A stretch of 64,000 nucleotides of DNA from Calcarisporiella thermophila CBS 279.70. Taxonomy: Eukaryota; Fungi; Calcarisporiellomycota. This document shows positions 1-13,109 of this stretch, in pieces; within the stretch, counting starts at the first letter, position 1; each line of letters begins with the position of its first letter. The position numbers were made by a program, and so were the translations under genes. The notes under the pieces were generated by a model that made no database searches, was not told where the DNA came from, and saw only the letters and a program-made list of their open reading frames with translations. The stretch lies in contig NW_027192201.1 of NCBI RefSeq assembly GCF_041956535.1, positions 284,060 through 348,059 of the forward strand, read 5' to 3'.

Positions 1-1790
1 CTCGGTACTATCAATGTCTCTCTACAAGGCTGGTCAGAAGCATTACCTGGGTGATTTTGACGAAGAAGTCTACCTTGGCTTTAACTTATATAGGAGACTT
101 CTAAATAGAGATACTTTGTTAAAAAAAAGGTCGTTAAGTCCAAGTGATGTTCCTCGTCTATAAATTATTAAGTTGGATATAAGTCCAAGGCGATGAAATA
201 TCCTTCCATTCAAAGCACTTAACTACAATACGACTTCACTGAATACTCTACCACCTATATCTGCTCCCTTCCCGGATTTAACGTCCAACATCTTCATCGC
301 TTATCCTATACATATTACAGGATTTGTTATTATTATTTTTCTTTTTCTCCTACTTCTACTTTCCTTTTTCCTTGAAAAAATAGGAAAGGTATGCACAATC
401 TTTGTATACCCCCTACACTTTACATGGATTTCTTGTTTTCTGATGTTTATCAATCTCCTTAATTAAGAACGCAAAAGGATACTTTTTAAAAAAGACCCTT
501 CTAACAAAAAAAAAACAGCTAGGTCGGTTGCTCTTCGGTGGCCTAGCCGCATAAGACCTTAGACACACCCGCCCATGAGGGTTTGTCGGATTATTTTTAG
601 AGCCCAATGGCTTTCAATAATATAGCAATAGGCAAGTAGTAAGCAATAACAAAAATAGGTAGCAAAACTCCTTAGGAGAAATAGAAAAAAAAAATGGTAG
701 GTCAGGGACAATACCTGGGTGAGTAGAAATCTATCCTGTCATTCCCTTCAGATTAAAATTATCTACTGGATGTAAAAAAATGCTCCCCGAAGAAGTGAAA
801 AAGCATGCCTAGATCGTAACTCTCATACTCCAACACGATAGTATGGACTAGTGCATATAAAAAGCAGCGACTGTATTCGTCAGGACGACTTAGTGCATTA
901 TGATATTGCAATCAAATATATCTTTCTATTCGAATTACTCATTACAATCAAAGGAAAGTGGGTACAATCACAGAGCAATAAAGATGAATATTCAAGCAGA
1001 AATGGGTAAAGAGCACACTAATCCAAATAGACGAGTGCCATGAGGTAGCATTGATTTCGAAGAAGCAAATAATACTTAGATTGACCGTTTCAGGCATGGA
1101 TCTTTTCAAAATTTATTCCTTAATTTCTAGTACTTTGTATTCTCAGAAAACTTTCTTTACTTGTATTGTATTAAATAAATAGCAGTGCACAAGTACTCGC
1201 ATCCAAAAAGGAAAAAAAAAAGGTTGTGGTTCTCATGTGGCATAGTAATTTAGGATCCCGGAGCCGAATTAATAAGATATGGGTTCGATTTCCGCAAGAG
1301 AATCCCGACCAAAAGTGGTTGCCAGGTCTTGCCAAAACTCAAGATATAACAAGCAGTGAATATTATGTGTTAGTATCTACGACGCACTACACAAAGTTCT
1401 TAATGTGGAACATAGAAAAATCCAAGATAGAGTTCGCGATGTGCGACAGAGACTGCGATATTACGTCCTTCAAATGCACATTTCTCCAACGTAATCGATC
1501 CGGGACGTCCAATCTCTAGTGGAAACTGTAATTTTATCCGCTATGCGAGAATGAAAGAATATACATTCAAAACATTTTTTTACTTGTAAATTTGGGATAA
1601 TAGTAATTGAAGCAGAAAGCCTTTGATATGCGAAGGAAACAAAAAACGAAACAAAAACAATGGATAAGAGCGAAGAATAACGCATTAATTGTGTAATCGA
1701 CGAAAAATATAAAAAGAAATAGCAACCATTTAGCGCTTGGTTTCTTATTTTCCTCCTCGCAAATTTAAATTGCTTGCAGCCATAATCGCT

Positions 1791-3406
1791 CTAGTAGATG
1801 TACTATCAAGAAGAGGATAAAAACCCATCAGATTCAAGTGGAGAACAGGCTTTTGATATTCAAAAATACTCACAGGGATCAGCTTATACGGAACCAGCCG
1901 ACAGTATTCTTCCCAGTACTTTCCGTATTTTCCACGGCATCGCGTGTCGTCTCTCTGAATGCGGTGCAACAGTAAGATAGACATATACACGATATAAAAG
2001 TATGGCAGCAAGTGGGAAAATGAACATCCAAGGCACATTGCAAGTGAAATACACAAGTCGCCAACGTAGTTGAAATGGCGTGACAGGCCCCAGAAACCGC
2101 TCGCAAGCAAAATGCTGGAGTGCTTTTTGCCATCACTGGTGATGTACTCTGTGCGAACCATGCGCGGAGGCCGGCCCCAGATAAGACATTGCCCGTTGGT
2201 GCGGCGAACAATATCTTTTTGATGGTTCACTGCACGGAAAATGTAGTAACCCGCGAGACCAAGACTTAAGACGAAAAGGAAGTAAGGCATAGAGAGGTCC
2301 ACAGGGTTACGAACAAGGTAGTGAGATTGGAGAGTATACATGAAGGGAAGCCAGACTGAGTCGCCCCAAGCCAGGTAGAAACCGAAGTGATCATGAGCAA
2401 TATCTAAGACAACACATATGATATTAGGGCCACGTTAAATCTATCACAATACAAAACATACGTACCAATTGTACGTAGATACCAGTCCTCGTTGTAGAAA
2501 AAGTCGAGCACGTACACTGCGTGCAAAAAGTTCACTGCAATCATTGAGTTGGTCACGTAACCGATCTTTTGGTACTGGGCAGCGGCAAAACTCAAATTGA
2601 TTAATGTCCATGCAACAATACCGGGGCGGCCATTGTGGAAGAGTTTAAAGTCGAAGTATTTGCCAAATCGAGGATTGAATTCAATGCCCATCATCATATC
2701 ATAGACAATGGATCCAGAGAATTTACGGTCCTCAGGGTGGGATGGGAAGATGTATGCTTTAACGTACGAAAAGAAAGTCAATGCGTATCCGTAGATATTA
2801 GCCATTACGAGCAGCCCGCCCCAATTATCGTGCACAATGGAAGGAGACCACCATCCGAAGTAGAAAGCGCCTAGGACGAAAAGAGCGTGGGTAACGAACC
2901 AAGCAAGCAGCCCGTTGACCTAGATGACGAAATGAAAATCGAGTATGAATACACATTATGAAAATGAGGAGAAATTCTCAAATGAATGTTCGCACTTTAT
3001 ACGGGAGTAGATAGCCAGCCGGGGTCCTTTGCCCATAGCCAATCTTGGCGGGCAGAAATGCATACAGCGAGGCCTGGAAGAGCAGCCAGATGGTGAATAG
3101 TTTCACGGCTTGCCAGCTGAATTGGGGGAGACGAGCAGCGGCATACTGGGTTATGGATTTGGGATCCGTGGAGAGCTCGAGCAGCTCAGCGGCAGGGGCC
3201 AAGAGGCTACATCCATGATAGGTGCAGGCCGACCAGAAGTAGATGACCATCAGAGGGCAGGTGAGCATAATGACGCAGCACATGACCACGGTCAAATACG
3301 ACACATCGCGGTCTCGCCCCCAAGTCTTGCCCGTCTGAGCCTTGAGCTCGGCACTGGTGGAGGCTTGCGAGGAATTCGCGGTTGTACGCTTTCTTACTTC
3401 AGACAT
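1791..3406 (-). CDS. DHCR7: 7-dehydrocholesterol reductase (sterol delta-7 reductase, ERG4/ERG24 family), 4 exons
   Basis: Spliced reading gives [10 protein letters not shown]|[51 protein letters not shown]|[46 protein letters not shown]|YIY*. These are DHCR7-type motifs; GT-AG introns near 2920-2995, 2404-2465 and 1803-1873. Confidence 0.93.
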
Positions 3407-3843
3407 AGTTTGTGGAGAGGAAGAAAGACGTTGGGAAAAGAGATGAGAAAACCGACCGCACAAACTGTTGATATATTAGGTTCAAACAATGCACCAAGAT
3501 CTTGGGGGCACGAGATTCGAGGTCCGCAGGCTTGCAAATGGGTGCTCACGCTCTCGCTATTTCCTTGGTATTAGCAGCAATTTCTGGAAGGTTGGCCATG
3601 CTTGAAACCACGCCGGAAAAAAGGCTTTTCCAATTACAAGTGCGGGTGGCTGCTGAGTGGACTGAGCACCGTGAGAATTAGAATACAAACTTTTTAGGTT
3701 ATATTTTCCATGAAGATAAACGGAGAGAACAGAGCAAAAGAAAATGTGCACTAGAAAAAAACTCTAAGAGGAAACCCGCCAAGACAAGCATCTCTTGGGC
3801 CGAGAAGACTAAAATCCACAAGAAAGGAGAAAAAAGAGAGCCG

Positions 3844-5267
3844 CTACTGCTTATCCTTCTCTTGATCCTTCTTCTCCGCGTCTTTTTGCATTGCGCTGCG
3901 AACACGTGGGTCGCTTGTGTCCACTCCTGGCAACGAGCCGATGACGGAGCTCATGTCGCCCTCCCCTCCCATTGACATTGCAATTGCCCTTTGCATCTGC
4001 TCTTCCTCGTCCATCTCAACGTCCTCTCCATCCTGTGATCAAAAGCAGAGAAAAGCACAAGGCTATGAGTCAGAAATCCTCAGCCCAATTCACGGTGAAC
4101 AAGAAGCTTACGTGACCAGGCTCAGACATGGCAAGGGCTTGGGCAAGCATGTCATCTTCCGACTGTTCTACCCCGCCGCTCGCTGCAGGTGCATTCTCTG
4201 AAGTACTTTGGCCGACTTGTTCTGTCTTGGGCTTTCCCTCTTCACTGGCTGCTTTCGCTGCGGCCTCTTGGCGAGCTCGCTCCTCCTCCATGGAAATGCG
4301 CAGTGCCTAAAAAAGGACATGGATATTATCACGCACACCAGTAGACAAACTATGAGCTTATAGTTACAAGTGCAAGTTCAGGATCAAGATTCGGGTCGAC
4401 GCCAAATTCAAATTGTCCAGCTCCACCAGATGAAAATCCAGGAGGGGCTCCATCTTCTCCGGCGATTATCGGCGAGGTGATGAGCATATCGCTTAAAATA
4501 TGTGGCCCAGGAGGGATATTCACAAGGTGGCTTTACATACAGCAATTAGTAAGTAAGCTATTCATAACCCGTACTGACGATATAAAAAACAATATACCTG
4601 TTATCCCCGCTGTTCACTGTATTAATGAATGCCTCCAACTTCGCAGTATTCAATGTCTCCTCTCCAAAATTGATAATGTCAATAGCGACGTTATTCTTTT
4701 TCATTTTCTTTGCAAGACGAACAAGCGTTTTCTCGTCAGCATCTACTGGGCTTCCGACAAAAGCAATCACACGTTGACGCTGGTTTTTGTTTTGCCGGTG
4801 TTTTAAGGCTAGCTGTGCTACTTGGATGCCAGTGAGGAAATTTGCGTGCCCAGCAATTCTAACCTCATGCAATGCCGAAAGTATTTTTCCAATATCAGAG
4901 GTAAGAGTTACTAGAACCTCCGGACTAAATGAAAAAAGAGAAAAGAAAAATGAATACCAAGGCAAAAATTGAAAATGAATAAAAAAAAGTTACCTCTTTC
5001 CTGCCATCGTCATTAATCCAACTGTATTTTCAGGATTCGACTGAGTCTTTGCACCGAAAATTAAATTTACTGCGTCTGCTTGAGCCTCGATCCGAGTGGG
5101 TGTGTAATCTCCATTACGCATCCACTCTGAATTATCCAATCTAAGGTATATAGTGAAATCGAAAATAAGACAAAATCCTTGAAATCAAGATTGCCTCCTA
5201 ATAATGAATGCTATCTTCCCCAATATAATCAAAGCACTTACACAATCATAGTTGCCTCTAGAACCAT
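3844..5267 (-). CDS. RPN10: 26S proteasome ubiquitin receptor Rpn10/PSMD4 (vWA domain + UIMs), multi-exon
   Basis: MVLEATMIV start, [50 protein letters not shown], then UIM-like ALRISMEEE / LAQALAMS / MQRAIAMSM; TAG at 3844. Confidence 0.96.
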
Positions 5268-5445
5268 TTTCGCTTGTGTTTAACTCGACCAACCCAAAAT
5301 GCTTCAGATACAATAAAAGACGCGAAAAGACAATGACAGAGATCAAAGGAGACTTAATTCAGGCGTGCGTCAGCATGCTAAACTGCCCTCGACTTGATTA
5401 TTGTTTGTTTGCCACCAATTCAAATTTACATTAACGTAAAAAATA

Positions 5446-7097
5446 ATGTTGAGCATACAATTTTCCAGCCTGCATCGATGTACTAAATGGGTTGCTCACG
5501 TTGCTCGACCGACCATTTTATACTTTTGCAAATACAGTACATCCACAGTTCTTGTAGAACTGCACTCTGCTTTCAATTCCCTTCAAAAGTCGCGTGATTG
5601 GGCGTCTATTCAACACGAGATTCAGAGCTGTCAATCTGCTCTTGAGGTTACTTTCGAAAGCTCAAAAACGATTTTCTGGATTCAATTCATTTACTGGCTA
5701 TTTTAGTCTGGAGAAATTTGGGACAACAATGCTGAGCTTGCTACAAACTTACAACAAAAAATTTCCACCCTTTCGATGGAGTTTGAGCAGCAACAACAAT
5801 TAGTAGATCGTTACAAGCAGTACACTGAGCTTTGGGGTAATCTTCGGGATTTCTTCTTTTCCATGCTAGTGTGACTATTACATATTAATATCTTATACTA
5901 AAGAGCTAGCTCACCATGGAAAAGATTCCGCTTTTGTTGAAGAAATTGAAAGTGATATCTTGATATTGAAAAACCAAATGAAGGATTTTGTATTCCGAAC
6001 TTTAGCGTGAGTTACTAAAATCATGGTATCTGTTTCTTCAAATAAGTTAATTCGAATAACATCAATTTAGACGAGAAAAAGAGGATTCTATGGGATGCTT
6101 GATTCAAGTTACTGCAGGAGCAGGAGGGGTAGACAGCTGTGATTGGGCTGAAATGCTGACTAAAATGTATGAACGTTGGGCGCAAAATAAAGGGTATAAT
6201 GGTAGTTGAAAGTGAATAATGAAAGACTGACAATAGCTCGTGTTCACTTTGCTTGTACTGTGTATAGTTGAATGGCTAGATTGCATCCAAAGTGATACAG
6301 CAGGATATCGCTCTGCTATTTTATCGCTAAGGCACGAATTCGCTTTTGGTTGGATCAAGCACGAGGCGGGGATTCATCGCCTCGTACGTATATCACCTTT
6401 TGACAATCAGAACAAACGCCACACCAGTTTTGCTTCCGTAACGACTTATCCATTGCCTCTAGATCACAGCAAAATTGAGAAGATTCTAGATATCCCATCA
6501 GAAGATTTAAACATAGAAGTATTCAAAAGTGGAGGTGCAGGAGGACAACATGTAAATACAACGGATAGCGCGGTGAGAATTACGCACCTACCAACTGGAA
6601 TTATTGTACAGGTAAATCCTTGTGTGTTTTTTTTTTAAGGGTATACAACGAAAAAACCGCTCTCTATCCTTTAGTGCCAAATTGATCGATCCCAGCACCG
6701 AAATCGAAAAACAGCAATGCAGATCCTAAGGGCACGGCTACAGGATTTAGAAATGAAAAAACGGTAAATTCACTGTCATTACTGAAGATTTACGCTGTGC
6801 TCGACTAGCATTCAATTTTTTTTTCTTTTCAAGAGAAACAGAAAAGCTGAAACACCACCTTGCACTTCCAAAGAATGCATGGAGTTCTCATATCCGCTCA
6901 TATGTCCTGCATCCATACCAGGTTCATTTCGGCATTTGTTTTATAAAGAGCAAGCTAAACCTTACCTTGTTATTTGGTAGATGGTTAAAGATCTAAGAAC
7001 TCTTCACGAATCAAACGATGTCCAGGGAGTGTTGGAAGGCCGAGAACTTGACGGCTTTTTAGAAGCCTCCTTGAGACACTTTGGCGGAGTGAATTAG
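5446..7097 (+). CDS. prfB: Class I peptide chain release factor, RF2 (PrfB) type, probably mitochondrial; about 8 exons
   Basis: AGAGGVDSCDWAEMLTKMYERWA, HEAGIHRLVRISPFD..RHTSFASV (SPF), GGAGGQHVNTTDSAVRITHLPTGI (GGQ), RSQHRNR, IRSYVLHPYQMVKDLRT; spliceosomal introns; basic/hydroxylated N-terminus. Confidence 0.92.
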
Positions 7098-7858
7098 AAA
7101 TAGATGTCGCATTCTATTCATTTAATAATAATAGCAATCAAATATAACTATACTTATACTATGACTATACTTTGATCTTATCGAATTAACCGGGAAATAT
7201 TGGGTGACCATATTGAATTTTCAAATTGTTGAAAAATAATTTAAATGGCAATTAGATTGCGTTCAAAGAAACGCAAATCTTCAAAGCAATCGTTTACATA
7301 AGCACATACTCTCTGCAGATGATTCGAAAGAACGACTTGTATACCGCTAGGGTTTCTATAAGAATATAATAAAAAATTGAATGGCAATCCTTAGTGATAA
7401 ACTACGCTTGGAATATTGAAATTTTTACCGATCATAAATTTTGTAGAATTTTAAAACTGTTTCGTGGATTATCCTAAGTTAGCTATCTGTCTCGATCTTT
7501 GAGATGGGACGAGCGAAGGCATTGAAAACCTTTTATCATGTATACAATGATTCATATAAAGTTGTACACACAGCAAATCGCTAAATGCATCGAAATAAAT
7601 TCATGCTTCTTTTATAGTTATGATTCATGCGATTAGATCTTATCAAAATGTCTAGGCCAGTTGAGTAATCAACAAGGACGTTGCACGGTATATAATCTGG
7701 TAGAGAATGAATGAAAAAGCAATGCGATGTATAGCAATAAAAAAAAACTGCTATTTATATTTCCTAATTAAATAATAAATAATCAAAAAACGCAAGGTAA
7801 TGCGGAAGTTGTCCAACGTATGAGCACATTTTACATTTTGTATAATACTAAAAAGTTC

Positions 7859-9342
7859 CTAGTCTTTCATCTTATCATGGTGCTGCACCATTTCTTCCGA
7901 CTTTCGCTTCTTTCTCGAGTAAGCCAGAAAAGCATGTGTGTTAATGAAGCTGAAGAGCATAATACCCACCCATACTCCGAACAGGATAAAAATCCACAAG
8001 ACATCTTGGATATGGAATGCGAGCAATCCGAGGTAAACATTCGCCATGGAAAGCAGGATTAGCCCGTATCCAAAGAAGCGGTGCAGATGGTCCCGGAATG
8101 GAGTACGCTCACGTGCTGGATTGTATGTGCGATCGATGTAGATCCCAAGGAGGGCTTGAAGGAGAGTCGCCACGAAGACGGTCATGCCGATAATCTTGAT
8201 AGGCGGTAAAATGCACAATTCAATCATAAATCAATGGATAGATAAGAAAAACTTGCGCTACCTTGTGGGGAGTGTTGAAGTGGCGTCCCTTCGTTGCAAC
8301 ATAGCCCAGCGCAAACCCAATGGTCGTCAATGATACGCCAATCACCCCCATTATTGTCCAGTGAGACGGGAACCAGGCAGGACCCAATACAGTTCGCAAA
8401 AACCGCGGGATAAAGGCCCCAACGGGAGCTGCTACCATCCATACCACTGCCATCACGATCCCATGCCAAAAGGCCATACTTCCTATATCCTTTGTGAGAC
8501 GATGCGTTCCGGTCATACCAGCTTCAGTTAAGACTGCCTCGAATCGTCCAAATCCGGTGTGAAAAGGGACGCTGACAGTATAGTTTCCAACGGGCCGCTT
8601 CTTCGCCACCGCCCATAGCCAAGGCTGTTTTATGCCTGGAATAACAGCTATATCTGCGGAGTCATTGGTGTTAAGCAGCCTACGGAATGTGACCGTTTGC
8701 CTGCCGTTATAAAGCCCGGTTTTCTCTGGAACGAGGCGGGCATCTTGTTTTCGATCGTATGGCGGCTGAGTGTATGCATATGCCATCCGGTCAGAGATTG
8801 TATAGTTAGAGAATGTAGTGTTGTCGTTACTCCAGGCAACGATCACGTCAGAACCCTCCATATAGTCTCCCAGGCCAACACTCAAATAACTATACACAGG
8901 CCAAATTAATATGGAGACGAGCAAGTCCATATTGGCTGCTAAATTACCCTATGTCCAATGGCGCTGTCATGGTTACCTCGAACTCCTGCGCGTCCCTCAA
9001 CACCCTTCCCGTGACACAGAAGTCACCATCTGAAAAACAGAGTTCCTCTGCTGCAACTGGAGAGAGCCCTTGGAGAGTTTGGGTAAAAGTATTAGCTAAT
9101 TTGGCAACTCTATTTCAATAGCACTGTACAAGCAGATTGAATAAGCTCCGATAAATCGATTCGCCATGACACCATCTTCTCTTCCATATGCAAAAGGAAG
9201 GAGCGCGCCCCCAGATAAGAGAGAGGCAGCATCTCATAGAACAAAAGCAAAGAAAAGAGAAGCAGAGATCGCCCCAATTACCTGCAATGGATCCCGACAA
9301 AACAAATAGAGAAAAGATGGTAAGGAATATCTTTCCCCACAT
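7859..9342 (-). CDS. DOMON + cytochrome b561 (CYBDOM/ferric-chelate reductase-like) membrane protein with signal peptide
   Basis: Signal peptide MWGKIFLTIFSLFVLSGSIA; DOMON motifs (G)YLSVGLG..MEGSDVIVAW and VTFRRLL; b561 His ligands WHGIVM, SHWTIM, TPHK, LHRFFG. The first exon is inferred. Confidence 0.85.
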
Positions 9343-10515
9343 GTGGAAAATGGGTAGATCGCAAAAGTGCACAAGATGAACGGTGAAATATATGTCTAGT
9401 GTCGGTAAAAATATTAAAATTGCCGGTAGGCTCCCCTAATGGTAGAATTGTACGAATTGATCAACTTAGCGTTGAGGGAAGAAAGAAGAAGGAAGAAAAA
9501 GAGGATTCCAGCTAACTCTCCCACCTTTATACTTTTAACACGATGCCGAATTTTAAGCCAAATTGCTCGTAAAATTACTCTAAAAACTATAATATGCAAA
9601 TCGTAACTCTTGCGTGATAAGAAATTAAAAATTTGGCGCAAAAGTAACGGACCGCTTCCTATCGGACAAGTCTCTTTTTCCTTTTAGGAGGAATGTCACG
9701 TTTAACCACACAGGCACAAGAGAGCACAACGAAGCAATGCTTATATTGGGAATTAGGAAAAGTGTATCTATTTAGGTTCTTTGATTTTTCGAGTTAAAAT
9801 TGTATATTGATCGCTATTTTGCCTGTAAAAAAAAGGACTGGAGCAATGAAAATGTATATATACGCGAGAATCCTCTTATAATGAAACCAGGGCAACAAAT
9901 CTGAGTTTGGAAAATATGGAGAATGAATAAAAAAGGGACTCGATGGCAAAGTCAGAGCTCTTTATACTAGTGGATAAAATTCATAGATTGACCATTGTTT
10001 GTAAATTTCTTGCTAAAGGGTACGACCAATTGAAGAGGCATGATTTCGGATGTTTAAAAAAAACATCCGAATTACTTTTGGTCTCATGATGCGAGTTCGG
10101 TATATATCCTAATGCTTAATTTCTATGATAGGAAAAATATAGAATAGAGAGTAAAGCCCAAGATAAAATCTAATTATGTAATCTAGTCAGCCACGTAGAG
10201 GTTGATCGCCAGTCGAGTGGAAAATTCGAAGTTAAACTTATGTCTTCAAGTCATCCTCGCACTGATAATGAAGAATGTAATTATTAATAGTAGGTGCTGG
10301 TTAAGATTTTAATCATGCGAATGGCATTGTCCGATAAGAGATGATCAGCCGCTGTGGAGAAATTGCTATCGATATCGTCAAATTTGATTTTTGAAAAGAA
10401 CTATATATATTCTAGAAACTTTACTGCCTCAGTTATTATAAAAGTTAATAAGACAAGGTGTATGATAATCATTTTATTTGGAGTAAAAAAAAAAGTATAT
10501 TATTACTTGGGTTAG

Positions 10516-11048
10516 TTAGTTCAATCTTCCGCGATGATTGAAGGTGATAAATGATGGGCACGCGTTCACCTTTGCAAGAGTTCTATTTGATATGTAGGTA
10601 AGAAAAATATCGGAGCAAAAGAGGGATATTTCTCTCGTATAAGTCTCATTTCACTTACTGTTTCGCCATTTCGGTTTCCATCTTAATTTCTTTGAAAGGC
10701 CCTGTTACGAGGGTAATTCCCGCGATATATATTAGTACTGATAGTAGGCACTCTGCCATAATCTACAAATTATCCAAAATTGATATTAAATATATCAAAT
10801 ATTTTTAAGAAAAACCACTAACATCAATAGGAAGGACACTCTCTTGCTTATCCACCGCCTTCATGTACGCTAAATCTATATAAAGGTATCAGATTAGCAC
10901 TTTTCATTGAACACATCAACCATCCGCATAGGGTTGATGAAAAGAAATCAAAATTATAAAATGTACGCTCAAAGGTGGAGTAGGCGGAGTGCATCAGCAA
11001 CATAAATCCCACTATACATAAGGCACGTCCTGGCCAATTGGGTGCCAT
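10516..11048 (-). CDS. EMC5: ER membrane complex subunit 5 / MMGT1
   Basis: GFMLLMHSAYSTFE, LPIDIMAECLLS, FKEIKMETEM, PSFITFNHRG across 4 exons. Confidence 0.88.
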
Positions 11049-11163
11049 TGTAGTCCAAGATCTCAATTCTAGAAGTACTGACAGAAAGAATGTCGAATTT
11101 GCTTTTGTTAATGAAGTAAGCCACCAATTTTCAAGTTGAAATTTCATATTATTCTCGTACACT

Positions 11164-11493
11164 ATGTCCGATACAATTACGCACGAGTCAGCATCGCGAT
11201 TACGAAAACTTGCTCTCCAATTCTGGATACAAGTCAAGAATGATCACCCTGATGTGACACTACATCTCTACGAAGGGTAATTGTTTTTTATTTTCGAAAA
11301 CTCATAATTACAATTGAAAATAATTTTCTCGCTCTGAATCACCAGGAATAAAGTAGAAGCAAAGCTCGTAGGAGCAGATTCCCATTTACAGAGACTTGCG
11401 CTTGAGAATCTGAAAACCCCTACTGGGGTTTACTCAAAGGCTGTTGTGAGGGGGGATGATGTGAGAATGCTACAGATAGCATTCAATTCATGA
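11164..11493 (+). CDS. GEMIN7: Gem-associated protein 7 (SMN complex, Sm-like fold), 2 exons, about 86 aa; not in ORF track
   Basis: Intron about 11278-11345 (GTAATT..CACCAG); spliced protein MSDTITHESASRLRKLALQFWIQVKNDHPDVTLHLYEGNKVEAKLVGADSHLQRLALENLKTPTGVYSKAVVRGDDVRMLQIAFNS matches the remembered Gemin7 pattern (LRE..L, LHEG..V.A.F.A.D, L.TPIGV...ALLR..DI). Confidence 0.8.
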
Positions 11494-12253
11494 CTTTTAT
11501 ACCATCAATAAGTAGTAATATACACTATTTTAGGTGTTTGTTATTAGTAGTGCTTAATTATTGACCTAGTTGTATCCGATAGTAAAACAGAATTTTTCTT
11601 GCCTTCGAGCTGTTATAATAAAACTAGCACATTTGTAAATAATACATCGAATACTATCATTAACTTAATGTGCCTTAAAGTGTTTAGAGAATACAAACAA
11701 AATATTAATGCTCAAGCGTATCGAGAAGCCTTTTCATTTCTATTATAAATTCCTGCTATCAAAATTGAATCCCGATATGCTCATTATGCTGAGTTATTTT
11801 CCTACATGTTCGTTAACAGATCTCAGTTTTTTTTTTTCACACTAGATATATCTTTCATGTACTATAATATAGGATAAACAAGCACAAGATAATTTATTTT
11901 GGACTAATAGCACCTTTAGTACTGCAGTGAGACCTAATTTAATTATGTACTATTGCTGATAATATGCTATTATAATACACAATTTTTAGGTAGACAATTT
12001 AACATCTTTTATTCAGTGAGACTTAATGATCGATCTTCAGGAAATTGGATCAACAGAATGCCATGCACAGCTCTTGGCTGTAATGATGTAATTTTTCCCA
12101 TATTATAGCATATATAGATTAACTGAATTTAATCAATATCTAATTTTGATGTGTTTTCATTAATGCTAAATTTTCCCAATTTATTGTCTTGATTTTTACT
12201 TTATTACCTGTTAATATTTCGCGGAACACTATAGTATTCATCATAGATAGATA

Positions 12254-12941
12254 ATGGATGTCGAGGACGATGAATATGAAAATGGTGACTGGACTAACCC
12301 GATGGAGCGGCCAGTGAGTGGACACGTAAAATCTCCAACCTATGAATATTATGGTTTTGTAATATATCTACTCTCCTTTATTGCATTCGGTAAGAATCCA
12401 TGATTTTGGAATCGTAAAAACAAAATCTTATATATTACGATGATTTTAGTCATCTATCTTCTCTGGGCTTATTTACCAGAGAAAACACTGCACAGTCTCG
12501 GTATTAGCTATTACCCTTCAAAGTACGAGTGAGCATCTATTTCTCTAGACAATGATACTAAAACTTCATTATCATATAGATATTGGGCCCTTGCTTTGCC
12601 CGTGTGGACGTTTGGCCTAATTATATTTGTATTTGTATCTTTTATGAGCATCAATCTTATGAACACGGCCCCATTCGACTCCTTCAATACTATCACAGGT
12701 TGGCGATGCTGTTTCTACAGCTGTGATCGTGAGCTGATAGAATTTTTTTTTAGATGAACATGCTTATGTCATGTTGACAAAGGAGAATTATGACCGTAAT
12801 ACCAATGTTGAAGATTACATTCCGGATCTCCATGACATTCCCATTGGCGTTGTTAATGCTGTGCTTTACCAACAGCGAGCTTTGCCTACCGAAAAACGAT
12901 CAATTAGACCAAGAGGATGGTCTAGAAGCCGATGGTCTTGA
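12254..12941 (+). CDS. PIGP: GPI-GlcNAc transferase subunit PIG-P / Gpi19
   Basis: PTYEYYGFVIY, YLLWAYLPEKTLHSLGISYYPSK|YWALALPVW, NLMNTAPFDSFNTITDEHA, IPDLHDIPIGVVNAVLY; the start codon is tentative. Confidence 0.9.
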
Positions 12942-13109
12942 AGTTTGTGTATGCTCACAAATAGCATCTATATATGGGTATATATAGCCTGGTATTTATC
13001 TTTATGTTTTAATCAATAATTAAGGACGAGGATAATGGAGCAGATAAAAAAACAACCGGACATATACTATATGACAAAAAACAAATAAATACAGTGTAAA
13101 TATTATCTA

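Noticed and set aside
5446-7097. RF2 as bacterial contamination or with the prfB +1 frameshift
   Set aside because: It has multiple spliceosomal introns, sits head-to-head with RPN10, and the frame is restored by splicing.
10045-10071. Perfect 11-bp inverted repeat TTCGGATGTTT-AAAAA-AAACATCCGAA
   Set aside because: Isolated, with no second copy or element context; bacterial-style terminators are irrelevant here.
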